Source of the DNA: Prevotella sp.
Lineage (GTDB): Bacteria; Bacteroidota; Bacteroidia; Bacteroidales; Bacteroidaceae
Direction of reading: 5' to 3'
Assembly: GCA_022775985.1 (NCBI GenBank)
Contig: JALFIM010000071.1
Location: 45,006 to 109,005 of the forward strand
Length of the DNA stretch: 64,000 nucleotides
Shown here: positions 1-10,050 of the stretch, one piece after another
How positions within the stretch are numbered: position 1 is the stretch's first letter
How the letters are laid out: each line of letters opens with the position of its first letter
Translations under genes and position numbers: made by a program
The notes under the pieces: generated by a model
What the model saw: only the letters and a program-made list of their open reading frames with translations
The model's database searches: none
What the model was told of the DNA's origin: nothing

Positions 1-1340
1 GGGTCAAGGCGGTGGCAGATGTCTTGTAGATGCTTGGCGATGTCGTGCCCCTCGATGCTGCCCTGCTCTGGAATCTCATTGCCGATGCTCCACATCACTA
101 TGGAAGGGTGGTTGCGGTGGTTGCGCACAAGGTTCTCTATATCCCTGTCACCCCACTCCTTGAAGTCCTTGGCGTAGCCGTTCTTGCATTTGGGATAAAT
201 CCACATGTCGAAGCTCTCCGCCATGACCATCATGCCCATTGAGTCGCACACCTCCATTTGCCATGTTGAAGGCATGTTGTGCGCTGTGCGGATGGCATCG
301 CACCCCATCTCCTTCAGCGTGCGTACCTGGCGGATGAGGGCGGCCTTGTTGATGGCGGCACCAAGCGGCCCAAGGTCGTGGTGCAGACAAACGCCCTTAA
401 TCTTTCTTGTCACCCCATTCAACTGAAAACCGTCATACTGCGCCACCTTCACGGTGCGTATGCCCACCTTCTGCTGCGTCTCGTCGATGAGTTTGTCATT
501 GCGGTAAAGACGTGTGACGAGCTTATATAAATAAGGAGACTCGGGCGACCACAGTTGTGGGTTGTCTATGGTTAGTCTCTTCATGACGTTGCCTTGCGCG
601 TCGAAGTCGCCGTAGCTGTATTGCGCCACCACGTTGTCGTCGCGGTCGATGAGCTGGTTCTTGATAGAGAGAGTCTTGTCTATGTTGTTGGCATTGGTGC
701 AGATGCTGATTTCAGCCTTGCCGTCGCTGATGTACTCGGTGCGGAAAAAGCTGCCCCAAGGGTTCAGTGTTGCTGCATCGGCATTGGTGACAAGCTGCAC
801 TGGGCGGTAGAGACCGCCGCCCGGATACCACCGCGAACTCTCCTCATGGTTGTTGAGGCTCACGCTGATTTCGTTCTTGCCGTTCTTCAGATAGGGCGTG
901 GCATCCACGCGGAAAGCGTTGTAGCCGTAGACCCAGTGCCCAGCGAGATGCCCGTTGACATAGACGTGTGGGTCTGCCATGGCACCGTCGAACTCCAGTA
1001 TTGCGGTTTTCGGCACACGGCTCAGATTAATCGTAGTCTTATAAAAGCCACGTCCAATCCAAGGCAGAGCTCCAGAGCGTCCCGATTTCTCCGATTTCTC
1101 GGTCTCGCCATTCTGCTCGATGGCGACTCTCTGCAAGTCCCATTTCTTGTCGAAAGGCCCGCTGATGGCCCAGTCGTGGGGAATGGTCACAGCTTGATAG
1201 TGAAGGCTGTCGCGTGAGAACTGCCACTGCTTGAGGTTGATGACCTGGCGTTGGGCGAAAATAGAAATAGGTAGGGATAGGGCTAAGAGAAAGCCATACC
1301 CCTTCAGTATTGCGGAGAAAAATGAAATATGATGCTTCAT
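1..1340 (-). CDS. Glycoside hydrolase family 2 (beta-galactosidase-like), 5' part; runs off left edge
   Basis: Manual translation from ATG at 1340: signal peptide MKHHISFF..., then TIPHDWAI, LEFDGAMA, SSRWYPGGGLYRPV and the acid/base motif MWSIGNEIPEQ near 66-96. Not in the ORF track because it is open at the window edge. Confidence 0.9.
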   Translation of the reverse strand, partial: MKHHISFFSAILKGYGFLLALSLPISIFAQRQVINLKQWQFSRDSLHYQAVTIPHDWAISGPFDKKWDLQRVAIEQNGETEKSEKSGRSGALPWIGRGFYKTTINLSRVPKTAILEFDGAMADPHVYVNGHLAGHWVYGYNAFRVDATPYLKNGKNEISVSLNNHEESSRWYPGGGLYRPVQLVTNADAATLNPWGSFFRTEYISDGKAEISICTNANNIDKTLSIKNQLIDRDDNVVAQYSYGDFDAQGNVMKRLTIDNPQLWSPESPYLYKLVTRLYRNDKLIDETQQKVGIRTVKVAQYDGFQLNGVTRKIKGVCLHHDLGPLGAAINKAALIRQVRTLKEMGCDAIRTAHNMPSTWQMEVCDSMGMMVMAESFDMWIYPKCKNGYAKDFKEWGDRDIENLVRNHRNHPSIVMWSIGNEIPEQGSIEGHDIAKHLQDICHRLD

Positions 1341-1411
1341 ATACCCATTGGTGGAATTATGTTAAGAGACGTATGTTGGCATGAGTGCTTATTGTGTGGG
1401 GTGTGTATGCC

Positions 1412-2476
1412 TTAGAGCTGGGTGCGTCGATAGAAGTCTACGTTCTCTTTAGTGAGCAACTCTATGGGCATATAGTTTACGGGCTGTACTTTCTTCTTGA
1501 GCACTATGGCCTTGAATAATGTGTCCACGCAACTGTACCCTTGCTGATATCCGTGCTGTGCTATTAAGAAAGATATGCTTCCCTCACGCAGACATTCTGC
1601 ATTCTTTGCCACCATGTCGTAGCCCATAATCTGCACGTCGCGCTTGTTGTTGCGCAACAAGAACTCTCCTACGATATGTGCTTTGGAGTTGAGTGATATG
1701 CAGTTGTGTATGTGTGGATGCTCGGCGAAGAACGTCCTCAGCATGGCATCGTATTCCGACCGTGATCCGTAGAAGGGCAGGTGCAGCTCTATGATTTCTG
1801 TGCCTGGAAAATGGTCGTGCATGTAATGGCGGAACCCCACCTCGCGGTTTGCTTGCTGCTTACTCGTGACGCGTCCGTTCTTCATCTGCTTTACCAGAAG
1901 TATCTCACTGTCGTTGTAGGCCAACAGCATGAGCATGCGTGCGGCAAAATATCCACTGCAGAATGAGTCCTGACCGAAAAACGACAACGGTTTGAGGTCA
2001 GGCATGTATGAGTCTAACAGTATGAACGGTATCTGTCGGTCGTGAAGCTGGTTTGTGAAAACCCTTGTTACCTCAAGCTCTATGGGCACGATGATTATGC
2101 CGTCAGGATTTGAATCAAGGCATTTGGTGTATGCGTCGATGAATGACTGATTGTCGAAGCGGTGATAATAGAGAAATTCCACATCGATATGGAAGTCGCG
2201 CCGTGCCTCAATGGCTTTTCTTACGCCTTGCTCTATCTCTTCCCAATAGGCTTCAGACTCATGCTTGGGTATTAGCAGCGAGAATGTGTATGACCTGTTG
2301 TATGCCAAGGCACTCGCATATACATTCGGCTGGTAGTTCATCTCCTTCAGTGCTTTCTCCACTTTCTCTCTCGCAGGTTTTGACACATTGGGACGGTCGT
2401 GCAGCACCCTGTCTACAGTTCCCACTGAGACGCCTGCCCTTTGGGCGATGTCTTTGATTCTTATCTTGTCTGTCAT
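1412..2476 (-). CDS. LacI family transcriptional regulator
   Basis: N-terminal HTH IKDIAQRAGVSVGTVDRVLHDR plus periplasmic-binding-protein-like sensor domain; directly upstream of the GH2 gene. Confidence 0.93.
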   Translation of the reverse strand: MTDKIRIKDIAQRAGVSVGTVDRVLHDRPNVSKPAREKVEKALKEMNYQPNVYASALAYNRSYTFSLLIPKHESEAYWEEIEQGVRKAIEARRDFHIDVEFLYYHRFDNQSFIDAYTKCLDSNPDGIIIVPIELEVTRVFTNQLHDRQIPFILLDSYMPDLKPLSFFGQDSFCSGYFAARMLMLLAYNDSEILLVKQMKNGRVTSKQQANREVGFRHYMHDHFPGTEIIELHLPFYGSRSEYDAMLRTFFAEHPHIHNCISLNSKAHIVGEFLLRNNKRDVQIMGYDMVAKNAECLREGSISFLIAQHGYQQGYSCVDTLFKAIVLKKKVQPVNYMPIELLTKENVDFYRRTQL

Positions 2477-2789
2477 TCTTGGAAATAAAGAATATTTTTG
2501 TTTGTTGTCGCATCAATTGTGCTTTCACACATTCCACGGCATTGTGTCGTGGATTTTAGCATACACCTTTTGTGATAGCCATTGAAATGTCACTGCACCA
2601 TGGCTACGCTATGTCACGGCCGAAGCACATGACCGTATATGGTCTTTAAATGTGTGCAAAATTAATAATAAAACTTGGATTGTGCTAAAGCACAGAAGTC
2701 AAAATTGTGCAATTATCATAATATATGTGCTTTTGCATGCTTTTTTGTCGGTGATGTTTCTGCTTTTCAATCATTTTTGATAATTTTGT

Positions 2790-5700
2790 ATGATATATGG
2801 GGCTGTGCGCCTCTTGTTTATGCGACATCATGGCATTATTATGACAATAAGAGCACTCAAGACATTATCTATATTACTAATCGGTCTGCTTTTGACGGCA
2901 TCTTGTACTGACAGGGAGGTGCGTGCTAAAGTTGACAGGCTCAATGAGTTGTCTTACACCAGCCATTACCGCGACCTTGCCAAGACTAAATATTTTGCCA
3001 ATGAGGCCTTGAAGTGCTCTGACGGCTACGATGCCGGCACCGCAGAGGCTTATAATAACCTCGCGTTCGTAAGCATAGCCAAAATGCAGTATGCCGAGGC
3101 AAGGCGTTATCTTATGAGTGCCATAGATGTCACCGACAACCTCGTGGAGCAGTTAGTGGCTGAGGTTCAGCTTATGCGCTTGTGCCAACGGCAGTCAGAC
3201 AACAAGGACTTCTATACCCACATGCAGACTGCGGAGCAATTGATTAAGCGTATATGTGATGAGCAGTCTGAGCTTGACGCGCACCAGGCAGGACGGTTTG
3301 TGTATGCCGAGAGCGAGTTCAGCATAGTGGCCTCTACTTATTTCTATTATGTGGGACTTGACACTGATGCCGCAGACATGCTCAATCGTATAGACCCCAA
3401 TGGCCCTGTGGTCAAGGACACTGCCCAACTGCTCAACTATTACTACAACATAGGGTCGGGCGGCATATTGCATGACGGCACGAGCGATGACATCTGTCAG
3501 GCGGAGTTCAACTATCTGGTGAGGTGCTATCTGTTGTCCCGTCAGTACAATTATCCTTTCTGGGAAGCCAACTCCATGCAGGCTCTCAGTGAGCATCTCG
3601 TGGATAAGGACGCATGCACGACGCTTATGCACAACAATCCGCAGGAGATAGAGTTTCTCAATGTAGACAACATGCCCGACTCCCTGCTGGCAGGAAACCT
3701 CGCTTACCGCTCACTTGGCGTGTTCCGACAGTTCGGTGATGTCTACCAGATAGCCGGTGCCTACCGCACACTCGCCCAGAGCTATTGGGCCATACGCGAC
3801 TACAATTCCGCTCTCATCTGCCTTAACGACGCGCTTAGCGACAAGCGGGTGGAGCGTGCTCCTGACTTGGTGGCTTCCATACGGGAGAAGTTGTCAATGG
3901 TGTATTCGGCGGTAGACGACAAGAAACACAGCGACTACAACCGCAACATTTACCTTGACTTGCAGGAGAACACGCGTCAGGACCGCCAGCTTGAGGCCCG
4001 CGCAGACATGCTTGAGCGTTCGGCGGTGCAGCTCAACGCCATGATAGTGGCGGTGTGTCTGCTGATAGTGCTTGTCATAGGCATGCTCGTGTGCTTCGAC
4101 TACAAGCGCCGCCACGACCGTAAACTGGTGTCGCAGGCTTCGCTTGACGCGCCTCTCGCGCAGTGGCGTGACATGGTGAGCCGTGAGGACGAGGGGCTGC
4201 AAGCCGGCAATGAGGAGCTGCAGGAGCGCATACTCGTGGGAGAGAACGAACTCGAACGTTACAAGATAGTAAACCTTGAGCAGCGCACTAAAGTGTCATT
4301 GGCCAATAGCACTATGCCGCTTATAGACAGGATAATACGTGAGGTCGGCAAGCTGACGGGCAAGAACGAGGCATCGGAAGTGGTGGACTCGCGCTTCAGG
4401 TATCTTGCAGAGCTTGCAAACAAGATAAACGAGTATAACGACTCTCTTACGAAGTGGATAAAATTGCGTCAAGGGGAAGTAAGGCTGCATATTGAGAGTT
4501 TCCCGTTGCAGAGCGTCTTTGACGTGGTAAGGCAAAACCGCACGGAGTTTGCCGTCAAGGGCGTGGAACTTGTAGTTGAGCCTACGGAGCTTATGGTCAA
4601 GGCCGACAGGGTGCTCACGCTGTTCATGGTGAACACCATAGTGGAGAATGCACGGCGTTTCACGTCGGCAGGGGGCACCGTGAGGGTGGTGGGTCATGAG
4701 TGCGATGACTGTGTGGAGATTGTAATCTCAGACACAGGAACAGGCATGACACAAGAGCAGATGGCAGGATTGTTCAGCAAGAAGGTGATAGTAGATAAGG
4801 ATGGGGCAACCTCTGGGCAGTCTGCTGCGGACGGCAGGACATCACATGGATTTGGATTGCTCAACTGCAAGGGCATAATAGACAAGTACAAGAAGACAAG
4901 CTCGCTCTTCTCGGTATGCAGCATATCCGTTGACAGCGAGGTGGGTAAGGGCAGCAAGTTCATGATAAGACTGCCCAAGGGCATAAGAAAAACCATCATG
5001 CTCATCGCGCTCCTGTGCGGTATGTCGTCCGGTGCGTCTGCGGCCACTGACAGTTCTTGGGCATTGTCCAAGGCCGGGGCCTTTGCCGACAGTGCCTATT
5101 TCAGCAACGTGTCTGCCGAATACCGCAAGGCATTGGTGTTTGCCGACAGTTGCGTGCATTATCTCAACATGTATTATCTGAAGGCATATCCAGGCAGCAA
5201 GTGTCTGATGCGCAGCACAGGAGACGGCACAGGCGGCACCGCTGCTGAGATATTGTGGTACAGAAATCATTTCAAGTGCAACTACAATATCATCCTTGAC
5301 ATACGCAATGAGAGTGCCGTGGCCGCCCTTGCGCTGCATGAGTGGGACGTATATACATATAATAATAAGGTGTACACACAGCTATTCAGGGAGTGCAGTG
5401 CCGACGACACCCTGTCCGACTATGTGCTCATAATGCAGAAGTCTGAGAGCAACAAGAACATAGCCATATTCATGCTGTTGGCGTTGCTGCTCTCCATATT
5501 CCCTATATACTACATGCTCTATTACCGCCACAGGTTGTATTACAGGTACGCCTTTGATAAGGTAATGCATATAAATAACGTGTTGGTGAGCCATAAGCAG
5601 TCTGAGGCCAAGCTGTCGGAGATACGTAAGATATGGAACACTGACGCTATCAGCGGCAATACACAGGGCATCCAGCGTCTTAAACAGGTGATACATGACA

Positions 5701-6341
5701 TACAGCAGGGACTGGTGCAGGACATCAGGCAGAAGGCTGCTCTCCATGAGCGCAGCCTGTCGTTGACTGACGAACTGCGGCGTGTGGAGTTTGAGAAAGA
5801 CAGGTATTATGTCAGCAACAATGTCCTTGAGAACTGTTTGTCTGCCTTGAAGCACGAGACCATGTATTACCCGAGCCGTATAATGCAGCTTGTCGCCAGC
5901 GGTACTGACGGTGTGCCACAACTCAAGGACGTGGCTTGCTACTACCGCGAGCTATACTCAGTGCTGAGCGAACAGGCGTTGAGGGCTGTGGCTGTGAGTC
6001 AGCGCGTAGACTATTCGCTCGCTGGCTACATGCTCAGTCTGCTGAGTCAGGTGGCTGGAGTGCGCAGACTGGCGACCACCGAACAGGCGTACGGCCCCGT
6101 GTATGTCAAGCTCACGGCACGTATGGATAACATGCGGCTGACGCAGGAGCAGATAGTAGACCTGTTCACGCCATCTACGACAGACTTCAGATTCCTCGTC
6201 TGCCGGCAGATAGTGCGTGAGTTTGGTGAGCAGACCAACGCACGCGGTTGTGGCATACAGGCTTATGCGGCTGCCGACGGCGCTCTGATGATAGAAATAA
6301 CGATAACAAATACGATATGGAAAAATTTAAAGTTGTCATAG
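2790..6341 (+). CDS. Large membrane sensor histidine-kinase-like protein (DUF5112/DUF5113-type architecture)
   Basis: Signal/lipoprotein-like N-terminus, helical periplasmic region, TM at about aa 415-437, HATPase motifs VENARRFT, ISDTGTGM, HGFGLLNCK, then a second periplasmic region, TM and degenerate kinase-like tail. Exact start uncertain. Confidence 0.8.
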   Translation: MIYGAVRLLFMRHHGIIMTIRALKTLSILLIGLLLTASCTDREVRAKVDRLNELSYTSHYRDLAKTKYFANEALKCSDGYDAGTAEAYNNLAFVSIAKMQYAEARRYLMSAIDVTDNLVEQLVAEVQLMRLCQRQSDNKDFYTHMQTAEQLIKRICDEQSELDAHQAGRFVYAESEFSIVASTYFYYVGLDTDAADMLNRIDPNGPVVKDTAQLLNYYYNIGSGGILHDGTSDDICQAEFNYLVRCYLLSRQYNYPFWEANSMQALSEHLVDKDACTTLMHNNPQEIEFLNVDNMPDSLLAGNLAYRSLGVFRQFGDVYQIAGAYRTLAQSYWAIRDYNSALICLNDALSDKRVERAPDLVASIREKLSMVYSAVDDKKHSDYNRNIYLDLQENTRQDRQLEARADMLERSAVQLNAMIVAVCLLIVLVIGMLVCFDYKRRHDRKLVSQASLDAPLAQWRDMVSREDEGLQAGNEELQERILVGENELERYKIVNLEQRTKVSLANSTMPLIDRIIREVGKLTGKNEASEVVDSRFRYLAELANKINEYNDSLTKWIKLRQGEVRLHIESFPLQSVFDVVRQNRTEFAVKGVELVVEPTELMVKADRVLTLFMVNTIVENARRFTSAGGTVRVVGHECDDCVEIVISDTGTGMTQEQMAGLFSKKVIVDKDGATSGQSAADGRTSHGFGLLNCKGIIDKYKKTSSLFSVCSISVDSEVGKGSKFMIRLPKGIRKTIMLIALLCGMSSGASAATDSSWALSKAGAFADSAYFSNVSAEYRKALVFADSCVHYLNMYYLKAYPGSKCLMRSTGDGTGGTAAEILWYRNHFKCNYNIILDIRNESAVAALALHEWDVYTYNNKVYTQLFRECSADDTLSDYVLIMQKSESNKNIAIFMLLALLLSIFPIYYMLYYRHRLYYRYAFDKVMHINNVLVSHKQSEAKLSEIRKIWNTDAISGNTQGIQRLKQVIHDIQQGLVQDIRQKAALHERSLSLTDELRRVEFEKDRYYVSNNVLENCLSALKHETMYYPSRIMQLVASGTDGVPQLKDVACYYRELYSVLSEQALRAVAVSQRVDYSLAGYMLSLLSQVAGVRRLATTEQAYGPVYVKLTARMDNMRLTQEQIVDLFTPSTTDFRFLVCRQIVREFGEQTNARGCGIQAYAAADGALMIEITITNTIWKNLKLS

Positions 6342-7042
6342 TAGAGGACGTGCCATTGGAGCTGAAAGGCACTGAGGGCATATTGAAGAACGACATACCT
6401 GAGGCTGAGGTCATAGGTACGGCCTCTACGGAGACGGAGTTCTGGGCTATATTGAAGAGGCAATTGCCCGACTTGGTGCTCCTTGACCTTGGGCTTGGCG
6501 GGTCTACGACTGTGGGCGTGGAGATTTGTCGCCACGTGAAGGACTTGCATCCTAAACTGAAAGTCCTGATATTCACGGGTGAGATACTGAACGAGAAATT
6601 GTGGGTAGATGCTCTTGATGCAGGATGTGACGGCATAATACTCAAGACGGGTGAGATGCTTACGCGAAATGATGTCAACAGCGTCATGGACGGCAAACGC
6701 ATGGTGTTCAATCAGCCTATACTCAATAAGATAGTGGAACGCTTCAAGCAGAGCATAGGCAGTGAGATAGCCCATCAGGAGGCTGTGGTCAACTACGAGA
6801 TAGACGAGTATGACGAGCGTTTCTTACGTCATCTCGCCTTGGGCTATACCAAGGAGCAGATATCCAACCTGAAGGGAATGCCATTTGGCGTGAAGAGCCT
6901 TGAGAAGCGGCAGAATGAGATAGTGCAGAAACTGTTTCCTAACGGTAACGGCCGGCTTGGCGTGAACGCCACACGGCTGGTGGTAAGGGCTTTCGAGCTG
7001 CATATATTGGATATTGACAACTTAGCTGCTGACGCAGAATGA
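6317..7042 (+). CDS. Response regulator (receiver plus LuxR-like HTH)
   Basis: MEKFKVVIVEDVPLE, LVLLDLGL (phosphoacceptor Asp), ILKTG; start at 6317 overlaps the sensor gene end (track start 6248 likely too long). Confidence 0.88.
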   Translation: MEKFKVVIVEDVPLELKGTEGILKNDIPEAEVIGTASTETEFWAILKRQLPDLVLLDLGLGGSTTVGVEICRHVKDLHPKLKVLIFTGEILNEKLWVDALDAGCDGIILKTGEMLTRNDVNSVMDGKRMVFNQPILNKIVERFKQSIGSEIAHQEAVVNYEIDEYDERFLRHLALGYTKEQISNLKGMPFGVKSLEKRQNEIVQKLFPNGNGRLGVNATRLVVRAFELHILDIDNLAADAE

Positions 7043-7070
7043 CAGGGGTAGGCATTATGGATGTGGCGTT

Positions 7071-7700
7071 ATGAGGAAAAGACATGTTATGCTCGGAGTA
7101 TATGGCCGCCGTGTCATAGCCTATTGCGTATGCGTGGCGGCTGTGGCGCACCTGCTCGTTATGCTGCTGTCATGGATAGTAGCGTCTGTCTGTCCTGAGA
7201 TGCACATACGGTCGCTGCTCAGTGGCGACGGCATAAGGTGGATGTTCGGCAAGTTTATGGAGGGCATGGCCTCCGAGGTGCTTGTCGGGCTGATGCTCGT
7301 GTGCATAGCAGTGGGGGCTTTTGTCAGGAGTGGGCTTATGAGTGCGGTGCGTAGCCGTGGCCTACGCTATAAGGAGCGGTATGCGCTAAGGCTCGTCGTG
7401 GGCGAGCTGTTGGTGTATGTGGCGGTCATGTCGCTGCTTACGATAGTGCCGCATGCTCCGCTGCTCAGCGTCACGGGGGCGTTGTTCCCAAGCAGTTTCT
7501 CTCACAGCATAGTGGCCCAGTTGTCAATAATGACGTGGGTAGCATCGCTGACATACGGCATAGTAGCAGGCTTGGTGAGGAGTGTGGATGATGCCTTGAA
7601 GGTACTCACCTTTGGCGTGGAGGCGTTCGCGCCGCTGTTCATACTCTATTTTTTCGTGTGCGAGTTGGCACAGTCGGTGGCCTATGTCATGATGTGGTGA
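7071..7700 (+). CDS. Small polytopic membrane protein, AbgT-family N-terminus-like
   Basis: About five hydrophobic segments; SLLSGDGIRWMFG resembles the AbgT/YdaH N-terminal motif but the protein is only 209 aa. Confidence 0.55.
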   Translation: MRKRHVMLGVYGRRVIAYCVCVAAVAHLLVMLLSWIVASVCPEMHIRSLLSGDGIRWMFGKFMEGMASEVLVGLMLVCIAVGAFVRSGLMSAVRSRGLRYKERYALRLVVGELLVYVAVMSLLTIVPHAPLLSVTGALFPSSFSHSIVAQLSIMTWVASLTYGIVAGLVRSVDDALKVLTFGVEAFAPLFILYFFVCELAQSVAYVMMW

Positions 7701-7724
7701 GCACGGTAGGTACGTATGCGGCTC

Positions 7725-8996
7725 TTAGAGCCAAGGTGACAGCAGGTGTGCAAACCATCCCACAAACTTCTTCCACGGTGTGCGGAACTCATTCCACGAC
7801 TGTGGGGTGAGAAGGAATGAGTCTGCCTTGTCGTTCTCGAACATGGTCTCCAGCTCATGTGTCGTGGGCTTGTCTATGATGACGGCATTCTCCTCGTAGT
7901 CAAACCGCAGACTTCGCGCGTTGAGGTTGGCGCTGCCCACAGTGCAGAAACGTCCGTCCACCATTATTATTTTCGTGTGGTGGAATCCGGGCTTGTACAT
8001 CCATACCGTAGCTCCGTGCTTCATCAGCTTATGCACATTGTAGAACACGCAGTCGGGTGTTAATGGTATATCGCTGTGCGTAGATACCATCACCTCCACT
8101 TTCACGCCTCGCTTTATGGCGTCATATAATGATTTTTTCAGTTTATGTGACAGCGTAAGGTACGGGTTCACAATCTTTATGCTGTCCTTTGCGTCATTGA
8201 TGGCATCTATATAGAACTTCCTTATAATCTTGTTGGTAGTGCGCGGCTCACGGTTTATGATGCCCACCATCTTGCGTCCTGCGGTGGCAGTGGTGTCTTT
8301 TCTCAGACCGTCAAACCGCTCAGGGGTGAGGTAGCCACGGTAGTACTTGCTGCCGCTCAGTTGCTCACCGGTCACCTTCTTCCAAATCCTGAGGAATATG
8401 CTCTGCAGGGTGTTCACTTCCTGACCCTCAATGCGGCAGTGCATGTCGCGCCATGAGCCTACGGCCTCCGTACCCTTGATGTAGTAGTCTGCCACGTTCA
8501 TGCCGCCAGTATATGCTATCTTGCCGTCGATGATGACAATCTTGCGGTGGTCGCGGTGAAATACATGGTTCACCCACGGAAACCTCAGAGGGTCGAACTC
8601 ATGTATGTCTATACCCCTTGAGCGCAGCTCCGAGATATGCCGCTTCTTCAGCGGCTTGTTGTTGGAGTCGTTGCCGAACCCGTCAAACAGGGCTCTCACC
8701 TCCACACCGGCAGCGGCTTTCTCTGCCAGTATGTCGAAGAGCAGTGATGCTATGGAGTCGTTTCTGAAATTGAAGTATTCGAGGTGTATGCTGCTCTTGG
8801 CCTGTCTCACTGCCTTGAACATGTCGTCGAACTTCTCTTGTCCGCTCTTCAGCAGCACTACGGAGTTGTCGTGTGAGAATTTTATCCCCTCGTTACGTAA
8901 TTGCCTGACAATGACAGAGTCGCTCGTCTGTGCTGATATTGCAGTCGTTGACATGGTAAGACATACTGTGAGAGCCAGTATTGAAAACTTTTTCAT
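7725..8996 (-). CDS. cls: Cardiolipin synthase / phospholipase D family
   Basis: Two HKD-type motifs: DHRKIVIIDG and HHTKIIMVDG; probable start MKKFSIL at 8996. Confidence 0.88.
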   Translation of the reverse strand: MKKFSILALTVCLTMSTTAISAQTSDSVIVRQLRNEGIKFSHDNSVVLLKSGQEKFDDMFKAVRQAKSSIHLEYFNFRNDSIASLLFDILAEKAAAGVEVRALFDGFGNDSNNKPLKKRHISELRSRGIDIHEFDPLRFPWVNHVFHRDHRKIVIIDGKIAYTGGMNVADYYIKGTEAVGSWRDMHCRIEGQEVNTLQSIFLRIWKKVTGEQLSGSKYYRGYLTPERFDGLRKDTTATAGRKMVGIINREPRTTNKIIRKFYIDAINDAKDSIKIVNPYLTLSHKLKKSLYDAIKRGVKVEVMVSTHSDIPLTPDCVFYNVHKLMKHGATVWMYKPGFHHTKIIMVDGRFCTVGSANLNARSLRFDYEENAVIIDKPTTHELETMFENDKADSFLLTPQSWNEFRTPWKKFVGWFAHLLSPWL

Positions 8997-9068
8997 CAAA
9001 GTCGTCTGTTGATATGTGTCAGTATTGGATGCTTTGCGCGTTTCGCCTAGTATGCTCACGCTTGTAGG

Positions 9069-10043
9069 TCACAGCATGCAGCGGTAATGGTCTACGACCC
9101 CCAGCAGATGACCGGCCTCGTCGCTGACCAATACGGAGTGTATCTTGTATTTGTTCATTATATGTTGTATCTCGCTGATCTTAGTCGTGGGCAGGACGGT
9201 CTTGGGCGAAGTGGTCATTATGTCGCAGACGGTCTTGTTGAAGAACTGCGCCTGCCATTTCTCCATGGCACGCCTTATGTCGCCATCGGTGATGAGTCCT
9301 GCTATCTTGCCGTCGATGAGTGCCACTCCCAGTCCGAGCTTTCCCTTGCTCACATGTATGATAGCCTCGCCGAGATGCATCTCCTTCGGTATTATGGGCA
9401 GGTCGTCGGTGCGCATCACGTCGGCGGCTGTCGTCAGCAGACGCTTGCCGAGCTCACCGCCGGGGTGGAACTGTGCGAAGTCCTTGGGCTTGAAGTGGCG
9501 CACCGTCATCAGTGCCACGGCCAGCGCGTCACCCATCGACAGCACTGCCGTGGTGCTGCTTGTAGGGGCAAGGTTGAGGGGGCACGCCTCCTTCTCCACG
9601 GCCACGTTTATGTGTACGGTGGAGTATTTTGCCAGCAGCGAGCTCGGGTTTCCGCTCATGCCTATGATGGGTATCTTGCTGTGCAGCAGCATGGGTATGA
9701 AGCGGAGCAGCTCGTCGGTCTGACCTGAATTGCTTATAGCCAGTACTATGTCCTTATGCGACACGGCCCCTAAGTCGCCGTGGTATGCGTCGAGGGGGTT
9801 CATGAAGAACGATGGCGTGCCGGTGCTCGACAGTGTTGCCGCTATCTTCGCGCCTATGTGTCCGCTTTTTCCTACACCTGTCACGACGACCTTTCCCTCA
9901 CACTCAAGCATCATCTTTACTGCCTTGTTGAAGTTGTCATCGAGTTGGGGAATGAGGGCAAGTATGGCGTGGGCCTCCTCGGTGAGGCATTTCACGGCGT
10001 ACGGCCTTACATCCTCTATGTTGTCATGTGCTGAGTTGCTCAT
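9069..10043 (-). CDS. kdsD: Arabinose-5-phosphate isomerase KpsF/GutQ family (SIS + 2 CBS)
   Basis: VTGVGKSGHIG, EACPLNLAPTSSTT, FHPGG; adjacent to kdsA. Confidence 0.93.
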   Translation of the reverse strand: MSNSAHDNIEDVRPYAVKCLTEEAHAILALIPQLDDNFNKAVKMMLECEGKVVVTGVGKSGHIGAKIAATLSSTGTPSFFMNPLDAYHGDLGAVSHKDIVLAISNSGQTDELLRFIPMLLHSKIPIIGMSGNPSSLLAKYSTVHINVAVEKEACPLNLAPTSSTTAVLSMGDALAVALMTVRHFKPKDFAQFHPGGELGKRLLTTAADVMRTDDLPIIPKEMHLGEAIIHVSKGKLGLGVALIDGKIAGLITDGDIRRAMEKWQAQFFNKTVCDIMTTSPKTVLPTTKISEIQHIMNKYKIHSVLVSDEAGHLLGVVDHYRCML

Positions 10044-10050
10044 CTCATGA

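Noticed and set aside
594-1217. 207-aa + strand ORF
   Set aside because: Antisense shadow of the GH2 gene, which the track misses because it is open at the window edge.
2681-2694. Palindrome TGTGCTAAAGCACA as LacI operator
   Set aside because: Lacks the central CG typical of LacI operators and is a single short match.
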